Assembly (NCBI GenBank): GCA_014728035.1
Contig: WJMJ01000148.1
Span: 32,001-96,000, forward strand
Reading direction: 5' to 3'
From: Promethearchaeota archaeon
Lineage (GTDB): Archaea > Asgardarchaeota > Thorarchaeia > Thorarchaeales > Thorarchaeaceae
Length of the DNA stretch: 64,000 bases
In this document: piece after piece, positions 9,813 to 17,896 of the stretch
Layout of the letters: each line of letters opens with the position of its first letter
Position numbering within the stretch: position 1 is the first letter of the stretch
Notes under the pieces: model-generated
Told to the model about the DNA's origin: nothing
The model's database searches: none
Seen by the model: the letters and a program-made list of their open reading frames with translations, nothing else
Position numbers and translations under genes: made by a program

Positions 9813-10403
9813 TCAACTATCTGTATGTGGAGATTCGGGACGTGAAACTCGTAATGGTTTTGCTGTATCACCATTCAGACGTAATACTTTCTTTGCATAT
9901 TCCAAATTCTTGAATTTTAAAATCACTTCTTGAGAACCTACCATAATTTTCTCAATAGCCACAAATTTCTCCAAGCGGGATGGTCCACTCGCCCAGAATC
10001 CGATAACAATAGCACTTCCAAGAGCAAGAAAAGTAACGTACCACGGCAAAGGAAGAACTACAAGATCTACTGCATAGAAGAATATGACAGCTCCAATAAA
10101 TAGGAAGAATACCATTAAGAGTCCCATGATCAAAGAGAAGATTCCTTTCATTTTCACACTGTCATGAAAATCAATATGGTGTTCTTCACAAACAGGGACT
10201 TGAATTTCTTTTCTTATCGTTACACTACCTTTCATACCTCTGTTAAAATACCACACAGAATGAACGCGTGTCCAGTCTTTCATTGTTGAAATTATTGAAC
10301 TAGTTTTTGAGGCGTGTCGACCGCAAATAGGACATTCATCTGGGAATAATATATCCGATGTTTCAAAATGGACCAAATATTTCTGATCGTTCAAAACACC
10401 CAC
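9813..10403 (-). CDS. Zn-binding (CxxC...CxxH) two-TM membrane protein, paralogue 1
   Basis: FPDECPICG and VPVCEEH motifs, two TM helices; homologous to 14971-15552 and 15651-16253. Confidence 0.8.
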   Translation of the reverse strand: MGVLNDQKYLVHFETSDILFPDECPICGRHASKTSSIISTMKDWTRVHSVWYFNRGMKGSVTIRKEIQVPVCEEHHIDFHDSVKMKGIFSLIMGLLMVFFLFIGAVIFFYAVDLVVLPLPWYVTFLALGSAIVIGFWASGPSRLEKFVAIEKIMVGSQEVILKFKNLEYAKKVLRLNGDTAKPLRVSRPESPHTDS

Positions 10404-10724
10404 TAGTTCTCACCACTCGAATTTTTATTACCAGCATATATGAATTAGTCAGTTAACGCAAATTAAGGTCAGTGAGTAAAAAAGAGTTCCCCCCTACCAC
10501 AGCGGAAACAAATGGGTTTTGTGCAGGACTCAAAACATGCATTGAGAGGAACATGCATGAGGGACCATGTATATTATTATTTTATCCATTAGTAAATGTG
10601 ATTGTGCATATCTGGACACTTTGATTGCGTTGTTTTCCATTGCTGTTGCTCTGTTGTTACATTCTATAAAGGGATTTAGAATCAAAATGGATTGCTATTG
10701 ACATTTACTTATTGAGGAATATTT

Positions 10725-11759
10725 ATGGAGAATGCTTTTGACGAAATTGGATTTGCAACCACTGAAGAAATGCTTATCGCTAGCATACGACAACCAGTGA
10801 AGACTAGAGAAGAAATAATTGATAGATTGCAGAATATGAAGCAAGTATTGAAAGATAGAATAGCAGGACCTCCTTTTGCAATATTCTATTTTGACACACC
10901 CGTGGACGGATTTGATGTAGAAACTGGTTTTCCAGTAGACTCAGAATTTTCTATTGATGAAATTTCATCCAGGGCTATCGATGCAAGCGATGCATTTGTA
11001 GTGAGAAAACAGGGAAGTATGAAGGATCTCAGAAAATCCGTAGTACAGATCTCTGAATTTGCTGGAACTAGAGGAATCCCTTCAGCTCTAAGATATATGG
11101 AAATTTATCATTCTGGATTTTTGGATGAATCTTCTGAATTAGATTTTGAGATAGTATACTATCTACACAATTGGCAAGCACGATTTCTATCATATGTTGA
11201 ACAATTTACAAATCAATCAACCTACGAAGCTATTATCGGACTTGGAAAACCACCTGATACTCTTGAACCTGCAGAAAAACGAGCAGATTGGGTCAAGAAA
11301 GCGATTAGTATTCTTGAAGAAAAAAGTAGTGAAAGACAAATTTCTGAGGTTATATGTAGCTGCGCTCACGTGCGACCGAAAGAAGATATTGAAGTATATC
11401 GAAAAGTTTTCGAAGAAACTGGAAGCTTAGAAGAAGTATTGAAGGTACAGATTCAAAAATTTAAAGGACGATGGATAGAAGAACCATATATTGAAGGAAA
11501 CAAAATATACATGACAAAAGTTGTGCGTGATATAGACAGTTATAGGAAAGGAAAGACACAAAAAGAACGAATAAAAGCTCACTGTTTCTGTCCCATGGTT
11601 TTTGAGATGCTTGATGAAACCCCTCCAAAATTTTGTTACTGCGGAGGTGGATGGGCTCGCCAGATGTGGGAGGGAGTTCTTGGTTATCCAGTAGATGTCA
11701 AGTTGGTTAAAACTGTAGTTGATGGTAGCGATACCTGCGCTTGGGAAATCACGATTTAG
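10725..11759 (+). CDS. GyrI-like effector-binding domain fused to a Cys-rich C-terminal domain (V4R/DUF6144-like)
   Basis: GPPFAIFY...DVETGFPV and MEIYH in the N-half; CSCAH, HCFCP, FCYCGGGW and GSDTCAWEI in the C-half. Confidence 0.75.
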   Translation: MENAFDEIGFATTEEMLIASIRQPVKTREEIIDRLQNMKQVLKDRIAGPPFAIFYFDTPVDGFDVETGFPVDSEFSIDEISSRAIDASDAFVVRKQGSMKDLRKSVVQISEFAGTRGIPSALRYMEIYHSGFLDESSELDFEIVYYLHNWQARFLSYVEQFTNQSTYEAIIGLGKPPDTLEPAEKRADWVKKAISILEEKSSERQISEVICSCAHVRPKEDIEVYRKVFEETGSLEEVLKVQIQKFKGRWIEEPYIEGNKIYMTKVVRDIDSYRKGKTQKERIKAHCFCPMVFEMLDETPPKFCYCGGGWARQMWEGVLGYPVDVKLVKTVVDGSDTCAWEITI

Positions 11760-11801
11760 GAAAAAGTGCTAAATCTACCAGGTGATATCGGAAGATTGAC
11801 C

Positions 11802-11984
11802 GTTCATTGTTTCATAATCAAATTCATACATATGAGCGTTGACATCCCAGGTAACGCTAATGGGTGAAACTTTGTCCTCATCAGGAACTGGTATCTATTA
11901 ACCACAGTATCAATTTATATCAACCAGTATAAGCTCCTAACACAACTTGTCCCAAAATGTCCAGGTAGCCACATCAGGATAGGA
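11802..11984 (-). mobile_element. decayed copy D of the 183-bp dispersed element
   Basis: Same right end (ATGAAC-GGT; ACC at 11799-11801). TATAAGCTCCTAACACAACTTGTCCCAAAATGTCCAGGT matches copy B at 32/39 positions in the same register. Left end has decayed. Confidence 0.7.
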
Positions 11985-12185
11985 TTGTATTTCTGGGAGC
12001 ATATTTTCGATTTTACCAAGATTAAACAAGCTGTATTTGTTAATTGGGGGACTACTACAAACTCTGGATTTCATTATGCTCATTTTTTCGTAATTACCTC
12101 TTCATTTTTAGATTCTGAATCAACCATGGAATAACATTCCAATCAATTCATTTCATAAGTATGTTCAAGTAAGTCAGGACCAAGA

Positions 12186-13064
12186 TTAGCTTTTTTCCCA
12201 TTCAAAAATAGTATCTGTTTCCGACTCCTGTTCTCGGGTTTCAAATGGATAAAATACTTTCAAAGGGATTTCTGCAACATGGTCAAATCGGAATGGAACA
12301 TCAACTTCCACACGAAGAACATATTGTGTCCATACGAGTTCGCTCATTAATGGCAGAGGCCAATCATTCGAGGTATTCAATCTAACATCAATCCATGAAT
12401 TACGGGTCAATTCGCTATCAGGTATTCTCCAAGAACCTAGCTTATCCAGATATGCTTCCTTAATCCCATCTGGTGCCACTTGCTCCTTGTACACAAGATA
12501 TGCTCGGACCTCACGTAGCTTTTGTTGGTCTTGAACTCGGAACTTGAATGTAAAATCTTTACCCAGTGTTACAACATCATCTTGGATATCCAATTCAAGA
12601 GGTGATTCTTCTTTTTTGTCATAGGGCCAATGAATTGTTTCCGATTTCATTTCTGGATTTGATGCTAACCAAGCAATTTGAATTGGTGTGCTTTCGGTCT
12701 TATCAGGCCAATTCTTTTTTTCGATCACAGCACTTACAGAATATTGAATCCAACCATTATGTCCATAATAACTTCCAGGAGCATCACGTGGTATTGTGAG
12801 AGTGAAATTAAAAGAATTTGTACCCGCTTGAAATTCTGGAGCTTCTAGAAGTGTTTCAGAATTATCTATGACAGGAATGACATTCTCATAGATTCGACGG
12901 TGTTTTCCTGATCCAAGAATGACTCTGCTTTGGATTACACCCTTATAGTCCAAACGCAACGCTTCACACGTTTCAAGCTTATCACATATTACGTGAACCT
13001 GGCCTCTAATTTCTTCACCAGGACGATATATCTCTCTATCTGTCGTTATCGATAATTGCGTCAT
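12186..13064 (-). CDS. arrestin-fold protein (Arrestin_N plus Arrestin_C; SpoOM/Vps26-like), paralogue 1
   Basis: YRPGEEIRGQV, AGTNSFNFTLTIPRDAPGSYYGHNGWIQYSVSA and SELVWTQYVLRVEVDVP are arrestin-superfamily signatures. Confidence 0.85.
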   Translation of the reverse strand: MTQLSITTDREIYRPGEEIRGQVHVICDKLETCEALRLDYKGVIQSRVILGSGKHRRIYENVIPVIDNSETLLEAPEFQAGTNSFNFTLTIPRDAPGSYYGHNGWIQYSVSAVIEKKNWPDKTESTPIQIAWLASNPEMKSETIHWPYDKKEESPLELDIQDDVVTLGKDFTFKFRVQDQQKLREVRAYLVYKEQVAPDGIKEAYLDKLGSWRIPDSELTRNSWIDVRLNTSNDWPLPLMSELVWTQYVLRVEVDVPFRFDHVAEIPLKVFYPFETREQESETDTIFEWEKS

Positions 13065-13066
13065 TA

Positions 13067-13531
13067 CTATCCCTCCATCATAGGTTCATAGCGTTCTTTT
13101 CCAATACAATCAACTTCAGCTTCACACTCTGGACAACCAATCGTCAATGTATTTTTCAAAGTAAGACTTATGCCTTTAAGATTGAAACCACAACTGGGAC
13201 AAGTTTCAGGAGGCCTATATTTTCCATAATATAGTCCTTCACCCCTATCTTGGTAAATCACCATTCCATACCCCTTTCGGGTTCCGTCCTTATCCAATGT
13301 TTCTGTTGATTTCCTTTTAGCTAAAACATAAGCACCAAAAATACACATCACAAGCACAACTAAAAATGGCATCACCCAACTATATGGGCCCATAGTACCC
13401 CAAATAGGCACTGTAATTACAACAAGGAAAGAAAGAGAACAAAATGTAACAGTTAGTACGACTCTCTCTTTCCCGGTAACTTCTCCCGAATTCGGTATTT
13501 CCAACTTACTAACCTCTAGACACGCATTCAT
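13067..13531 (-). CDS. two-TM protein with C-terminal Zn-ribbon, paralogue 1
   Basis: Two TM helices, then PETCPSCG...CPECEAEVDC; ends 2 bp upstream of arrestin 1. Confidence 0.75.
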   Translation of the reverse strand: MNACLEVSKLEIPNSGEVTGKERVVLTVTFCSLSFLVVITVPIWGTMGPYSWVMPFLVVLVMCIFGAYVLAKRKSTETLDKDGTRKGYGMVIYQDRGEGLYYGKYRPPETCPSCGFNLKGISLTLKNTLTIGCPECEAEVDCIGKERYEPMMEG

Positions 13532-13603
13532 CTTTTTAGTTTGAAAGAATAAAAAGAATGAGGTTTTTTACTGCTCACCTTATTAATCCTATTCTACTGT
13601 AAC

Positions 13604-14491
13604 TCATTTACTGTCCCATTCAAATATTACTGTGTCATCAGTACTGGTTGAATCTCGATGGAATGGAAATGTAACAAGTAGAGGAATTCTGGAGGTGATA
13701 TCTGTACGGAATGGTACATCGATATCAACCTCTAGAACATATTGTGTCCAAATCAACTTACTTAGAAATGGAAAGGGCCATTCTGAAGAAGTGGGGATTC
13801 GAACATCCATCCAGGTGTCGGTCATTACTTCATTCTTATCATATTCTATCATTGCTAGTATATCCCTAGAAAAATCGTTCATTCCCTTAGGTGCTACTTC
13901 TTCTCTGTAAGCTATCTTTACGCGGAGTCCACGCATATCTAGTCCAGAAGCTACTTTTACTTTGAACAAGAGATCCTCTCCTAGAACTAAATGATTGGAA
14001 TCTAGGCTAACTTCAAGACGTGGATAATCCTCTTCCTCATCTATCCAGTGGATAGATTTAGATTCTATATTTTGTCTAGGCACCAACCAGACAACTTGAA
14101 GTTTTTCAATAACCAATGGATCAATCCAATTTTCCTTTTCTAGAACTGCGCGGATTTCATAGACAATTTCACCATTTGTACCCTCATACGTACCAGGCAC
14201 ATCAATTGGAAGTTCAACAGAAAAGGGGAACTTATTGATACCTGCTTGGATTTGTGGTTGTTCAGCAAGATAATGCTTATCCTGAATGATATGCTCTGTA
14301 TCGATGTAAGTTCTACGGCTATCACCGGTCCCCTTAGAAACTTCTGACTTCATCGTGCAGAATAAATCAAGTCTAACAGCTTCATATGAATCGTATTCAT
14401 CAGATTCAATTATTACTTCACCAGTAATAGCATCTCCTGGTTTGTGTAGGTCTTTATCAAATGCTATTTTAATATCTACCATTTTTATCAC
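13604..14491 (-). CDS. arrestin-fold protein, paralogue 2
   Basis: HKPGDAITGEV, AGINKFPFSVELPIDVPGTYEGTNGEIVYEIRA, SKLIWTQYVLEVDIDVP; collinear with 12186-13064. Confidence 0.85.
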   Translation of the reverse strand: MIKMVDIKIAFDKDLHKPGDAITGEVIIESDEYDSYEAVRLDLFCTMKSEVSKGTGDSRRTYIDTEHIIQDKHYLAEQPQIQAGINKFPFSVELPIDVPGTYEGTNGEIVYEIRAVLEKENWIDPLVIEKLQVVWLVPRQNIESKSIHWIDEEEDYPRLEVSLDSNHLVLGEDLLFKVKVASGLDMRGLRVKIAYREEVAPKGMNDFSRDILAMIEYDKNEVMTDTWMDVRIPTSSEWPFPFLSKLIWTQYVLEVDIDVPFRTDITSRIPLLVTFPFHRDSTSTDDTVIFEWDSK

Positions 14492-14913
14492 TCCATAGGC
14501 ATACTATCAAACTTACCCTCGCAAGGAATTTCTTTTTTGCAGGATGGACAAGTCACAGTAAGGTTATCAACCAGTTCCAGAAATTTCGTTGATAGGTCCG
14601 CTCCACATTGGAAGCATTGTTGAGGTAAAGCATATTTTGTGAGGTATACATTATCACGCTCAGTTGGCACAATAACCATTTTGAATGAAGCGAGAGTGAC
14701 ATCAGTCACAAGATCTCCACCAGTTGCAGCACCATAACAACACCCAAAGAACGTTACTAAAGAAAACACCAATAGGAATAGAATAATCATATCTTCTGGA
14801 GTTAGAGTTACACCAAATAGAAAAACAGCAATTATTGCTATTATTACTCCAATTAGGATAATTCTAATACACACACTTGCTGCTGATTTGGATTTTACTT
14901 GTTCCGGCAACAT
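14488..14913 (-). CDS. two-TM protein with C-terminal Zn-ribbon, paralogue 2
   Basis: Two TM helices, then PQQCFQCG...CPSCKKEIPC; stop overlaps the start of arrestin 2. Confidence 0.75.
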   Translation of the reverse strand: MLPEQVKSKSAASVCIRIILIGVIIAIIAVFLFGVTLTPEDMIILFLLVFSLVTFFGCCYGAATGGDLVTDVTLASFKMVIVPTERDNVYLTKYALPQQCFQCGADLSTKFLELVDNLTVTCPSCKKEIPCEGKFDSMPME

Positions 14914-14970
14914 CGATCATCTCCTTACTAAACCAAGTTACGCAAATATTGAAGGATTAAAAACTTCACG

Positions 14971-15552
14971 CTATTTTCTAACTACTTTCAAAGGCAGTGC
15001 AGTCGGATTCAATTCTAACAGTTTCAGTGCGTACCACTTTGGCTTAATCTGAAGTGTGATCATTGACCCACTTGATGCACCTTTATAGATCATAACTGAT
15101 TTTTCCAAAGGACTAAGACGAAGAAAATAATAACCAAAAGAGGATAAAACAACTGATATGAAAAAAAGTAGGATAAAGGGAGGAAAAATTGGTGCTTGGA
15201 AGATTATGGTACTGACAAGGAAAAAACTAGACATGATTAATAACAGAGTTCCGAGACCTGCAAAGAGTGTGGCAAATCTCTTAATCCTGTACATTTTTTC
15301 CGGTGTACTGTGATGTTTTTCACACACTGGGACATTTACTCGAAGCACTTCGCTTCTTCCAAGTTGTTGCCCTGTACCACTCAAAGGACTTGTAGACCAA
15401 CCTCTTGAAATATCTTTGAAATCACCTCCTATTGGAAGAACTATTCCTACCGAACCAATTGTTGTAACTTCATCCCCACAAACTGGACATTTATCTGGAA
15501 ATTCGATTATCTCCTCAACAAATTTTACAAGATACGAGCCACGAGATGTCAT
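14971..15552 (-). CDS. Zn-binding (CxxC...CxxH) two-TM membrane protein, paralogue 2
   Basis: FPDKCPVCG, VPVCEKH, two TM, SPLEKS...KWYALKLLELNP. Confidence 0.8.
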   Translation of the reverse strand: MTSRGSYLVKFVEEIIEFPDKCPVCGDEVTTIGSVGIVLPIGGDFKDISRGWSTSPLSGTGQQLGRSEVLRVNVPVCEKHHSTPEKMYRIKRFATLFAGLGTLLLIMSSFFLVSTIIFQAPIFPPFILLFFISVVLSSFGYYFLRLSPLEKSVMIYKGASSGSMITLQIKPKWYALKLLELNPTALPLKVVRK

Positions 15553-15650
15553 TTTCCAAGAAATAGGAATGGTGGTTTATTAATTATATTGCCCTTTTTG
15601 GTATTCCTAAAATTAAATAATATGATTTCAGAAAGGAACAAATTTTGGGT

Positions 15651-16253
15651 CTAATCCTCCTTGACTCTCTTCAATGGTACAGCATCAGGATTGAGTTTCA
15701 ATAGTTCCTTAGCATACCATTTCTGATCAACTTCCAAACAAACCATATCACTACTTGTCTGAGGAAGATAAATGCTAATCGAACGCTCTAAAGGACTTTT
15801 TCGTAAAAGAAAAAAACCAGGAGTTGCTAGAAAGAATCCAAAAACTAGCAAATACAAATAGGGTAAAAATATTACTTGAGAATCAATCAAACCACCTATG
15901 ATGAAAAACGACATAAGCAGAATTGTGAACAAGCCTAATCCTCCGAGCAAAGCCCCAATCCAGTTGGTTTTCTCTCTCTCAAATGGAGAACTAAAATGTA
16001 ATTCACAAACTGGTATTTCAAGTCTAATTTGATGCTGAGATGTCTTCTTAGAGGTTGTAGGAGGAGCTACAATAGGAATGACCCATGTTCTCACGCTCGA
16101 AAAAATTCCACCAGTCAAAGGATTGGATGAAAGTATCAGTCCTGTGGTTGTAGTTAAATCTCCACAAACTGGACATCGGTCTGGATAATTTATCTGGTTT
16201 CCATAGAATTTTACCAGATAGCTTTTTCTTCTAGCCATGTGAAACTCAACCAA
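15651..16253 (-). CDS. Zn-binding (CxxC...CxxH) two-TM membrane protein, paralogue 3
   Basis: YPDRCPVCG, IPVCELH, two TM, SPLERS...KWYAKELLKLNP. Confidence 0.8.
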   Translation of the reverse strand: MVEFHMARRKSYLVKFYGNQINYPDRCPVCGDLTTTTGLILSSNPLTGGIFSSVRTWVIPIVAPPTTSKKTSQHQIRLEIPVCELHFSSPFEREKTNWIGALLGGLGLFTILLMSFFIIGGLIDSQVIFLPYLYLLVFGFFLATPGFFLLRKSPLERSISIYLPQTSSDMVCLEVDQKWYAKELLKLNPDAVPLKRVKED

Positions 16254-16607
16254 CTTGGAAATCGGTAATATCCTTGTATCTTAACAATCCACTAAAAATA
16301 TTTTCATGAAAAAAAAGTGGTTGATATTTATGAAAGCCAAAGTTCTATCATATCTCATTACTTCTTTAACAATGATCCTTTCTTTACAGAAAAATCGCAG
16401 ATATAATCTTTGCATCGAAAAAGCTTAGAGAAATTTGATTGGGACTATCAGTAGAAATTAAGCTAAAATAATCTATTAGAAAATACTATTCTCCAACGAA
16501 GAAATACATTCTTGATGATTTGAGAGAAATATGTCACAACCTAAATCTAAAGTATAGGATTTTGTCAACCTGCATTGATATTCAGGAATAGATTTGAGGA
16601 GTAATCG

Positions 16608-17867
16608 TTGACAGAAGAAAGAACCGATCAGGTTTCGGAAGGACATAATGCTGATGAGGTCCATATTGTCGCTATTCTTAACCTATCAGTTGTAACATTT
16701 CTTGTATTACTCGGGTTAAGTATGGTTGCACCAATTCTTCCAGAATATGCTGAAAGTTTCGATGTATCATATACATTGGTAGGATTTGTAATTTCATCTT
16801 TTGCAATTGCTAGAGTGTTTATAGACATTCCAGCAGGTCTTCTTTCTTACAAGTACAATAAGAAGAGAATCATGATTTCTGGATTGATTCTTATAGCAGT
16901 TTCATCAGTACTTGCTGGTTGGGCACCTATTTATGAAGTCTTAATATTTGCTAGAATTATTGAGGGAGCAGGTTCAGCACTATATGTAACAGCTGCAACA
17001 GTCTATCTAGCCCAGATTGCTAGTAAGAAAGAGAGAGGCAAATGGATGAGCCTCTACATGGGATTATTACTTCTGGGTTCAATTTTTGGACCAACTTTTG
17101 GAGGAATACTTGCAGAAATCTATGATATTCATGCGCCGTTTTTTGCTTATGCTATCATTGCAACAATTACTATTATCCCAACGATTACTCTCCCTTACAT
17201 CCCAGAATCAGGAGAAATAATTGACTACAGTCCCAGAAAAATAATCAAAGACATTGGGTCTGTACTTCGATATCCATCCTATCTAATTGCAACATTTGCA
17301 ACTTTCACATTATTCTTCATTAGGACTGGAATAAGAAGTACACTTGTTCCATTATTTGCTGGGAATAATCTGGGATTAGGTTCAAGTGAAATAGGTCTCA
17401 TCCTTACGTTCGCAGGGATAGCAACAACTCTTGTAGTTCTACCTATTGGAAGTATTTCAGATAGAATTGGTAGAAGAAATCCCTTGATTCTATGTCTAGT
17501 ATTAACTGCAATCGTAACCGTATTTCTCCCATATTCAACAGACATGCTAGCTCTAACAATTTTCATGGCAATATATGGAGCTACAACTGGATTATCAGGC
17601 CCGATGGTAGCCTACGTTACCGATGTATCACCTGAAGACAAATTGGAGGTTTCGCTTGGATTGTACCGAACTATTGGAGATCTGGGCTTTGTAGTCGGAC
17701 CAACTGTACTTGGGCTAATTGCTGACGAAACTGCGATTCCAATAGCTGGAGCTGAACATTCGGGATTAATTGTCCCCTTTCCTTTTCTAATTGCTGTATT
17801 ACTTATGCTTATCACAGCTCTCGTTCTAACAAAAGGACAAAACAAAATTTTTCAGAAAAAAGAATGA
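16608..17867 (+). CDS. MFS transporter (DHA1-like)
   Basis: About 12 TM helices; motif A variants GLLSYKYNKK and GSISDRIGRR; ARIIEGAG; GPTFGG. Confidence 0.9.
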   Translation: MTEERTDQVSEGHNADEVHIVAILNLSVVTFLVLLGLSMVAPILPEYAESFDVSYTLVGFVISSFAIARVFIDIPAGLLSYKYNKKRIMISGLILIAVSSVLAGWAPIYEVLIFARIIEGAGSALYVTAATVYLAQIASKKERGKWMSLYMGLLLLGSIFGPTFGGILAEIYDIHAPFFAYAIIATITIIPTITLPYIPESGEIIDYSPRKIIKDIGSVLRYPSYLIATFATFTLFFIRTGIRSTLVPLFAGNNLGLGSSEIGLILTFAGIATTLVVLPIGSISDRIGRRNPLILCLVLTAIVTVFLPYSTDMLALTIFMAIYGATTGLSGPMVAYVTDVSPEDKLEVSLGLYRTIGDLGFVVGPTVLGLIADETAIPIAGAEHSGLIVPFPFLIAVLLMLITALVLTKGQNKIFQKKE

Positions 17868-17869
17868 GG

Positions 17870-17890
17870 GTTAGGGATCAAATCCCTAAC
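17870..17890. terminator. hairpin between convergent genes
   Basis: GTTAGGGAT-CAA-ATCCCTAAC perfect 9-bp stem between the MFS and S8 stop codons. Confidence 0.6.
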
Positions 17891-17896
17891 ACATAA

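Noticed and set aside
11938-12083. 48-aa minus-strand ORF with an upstream GAGGT
   Set aside because: No motif, and its 3' part runs into element copy D.
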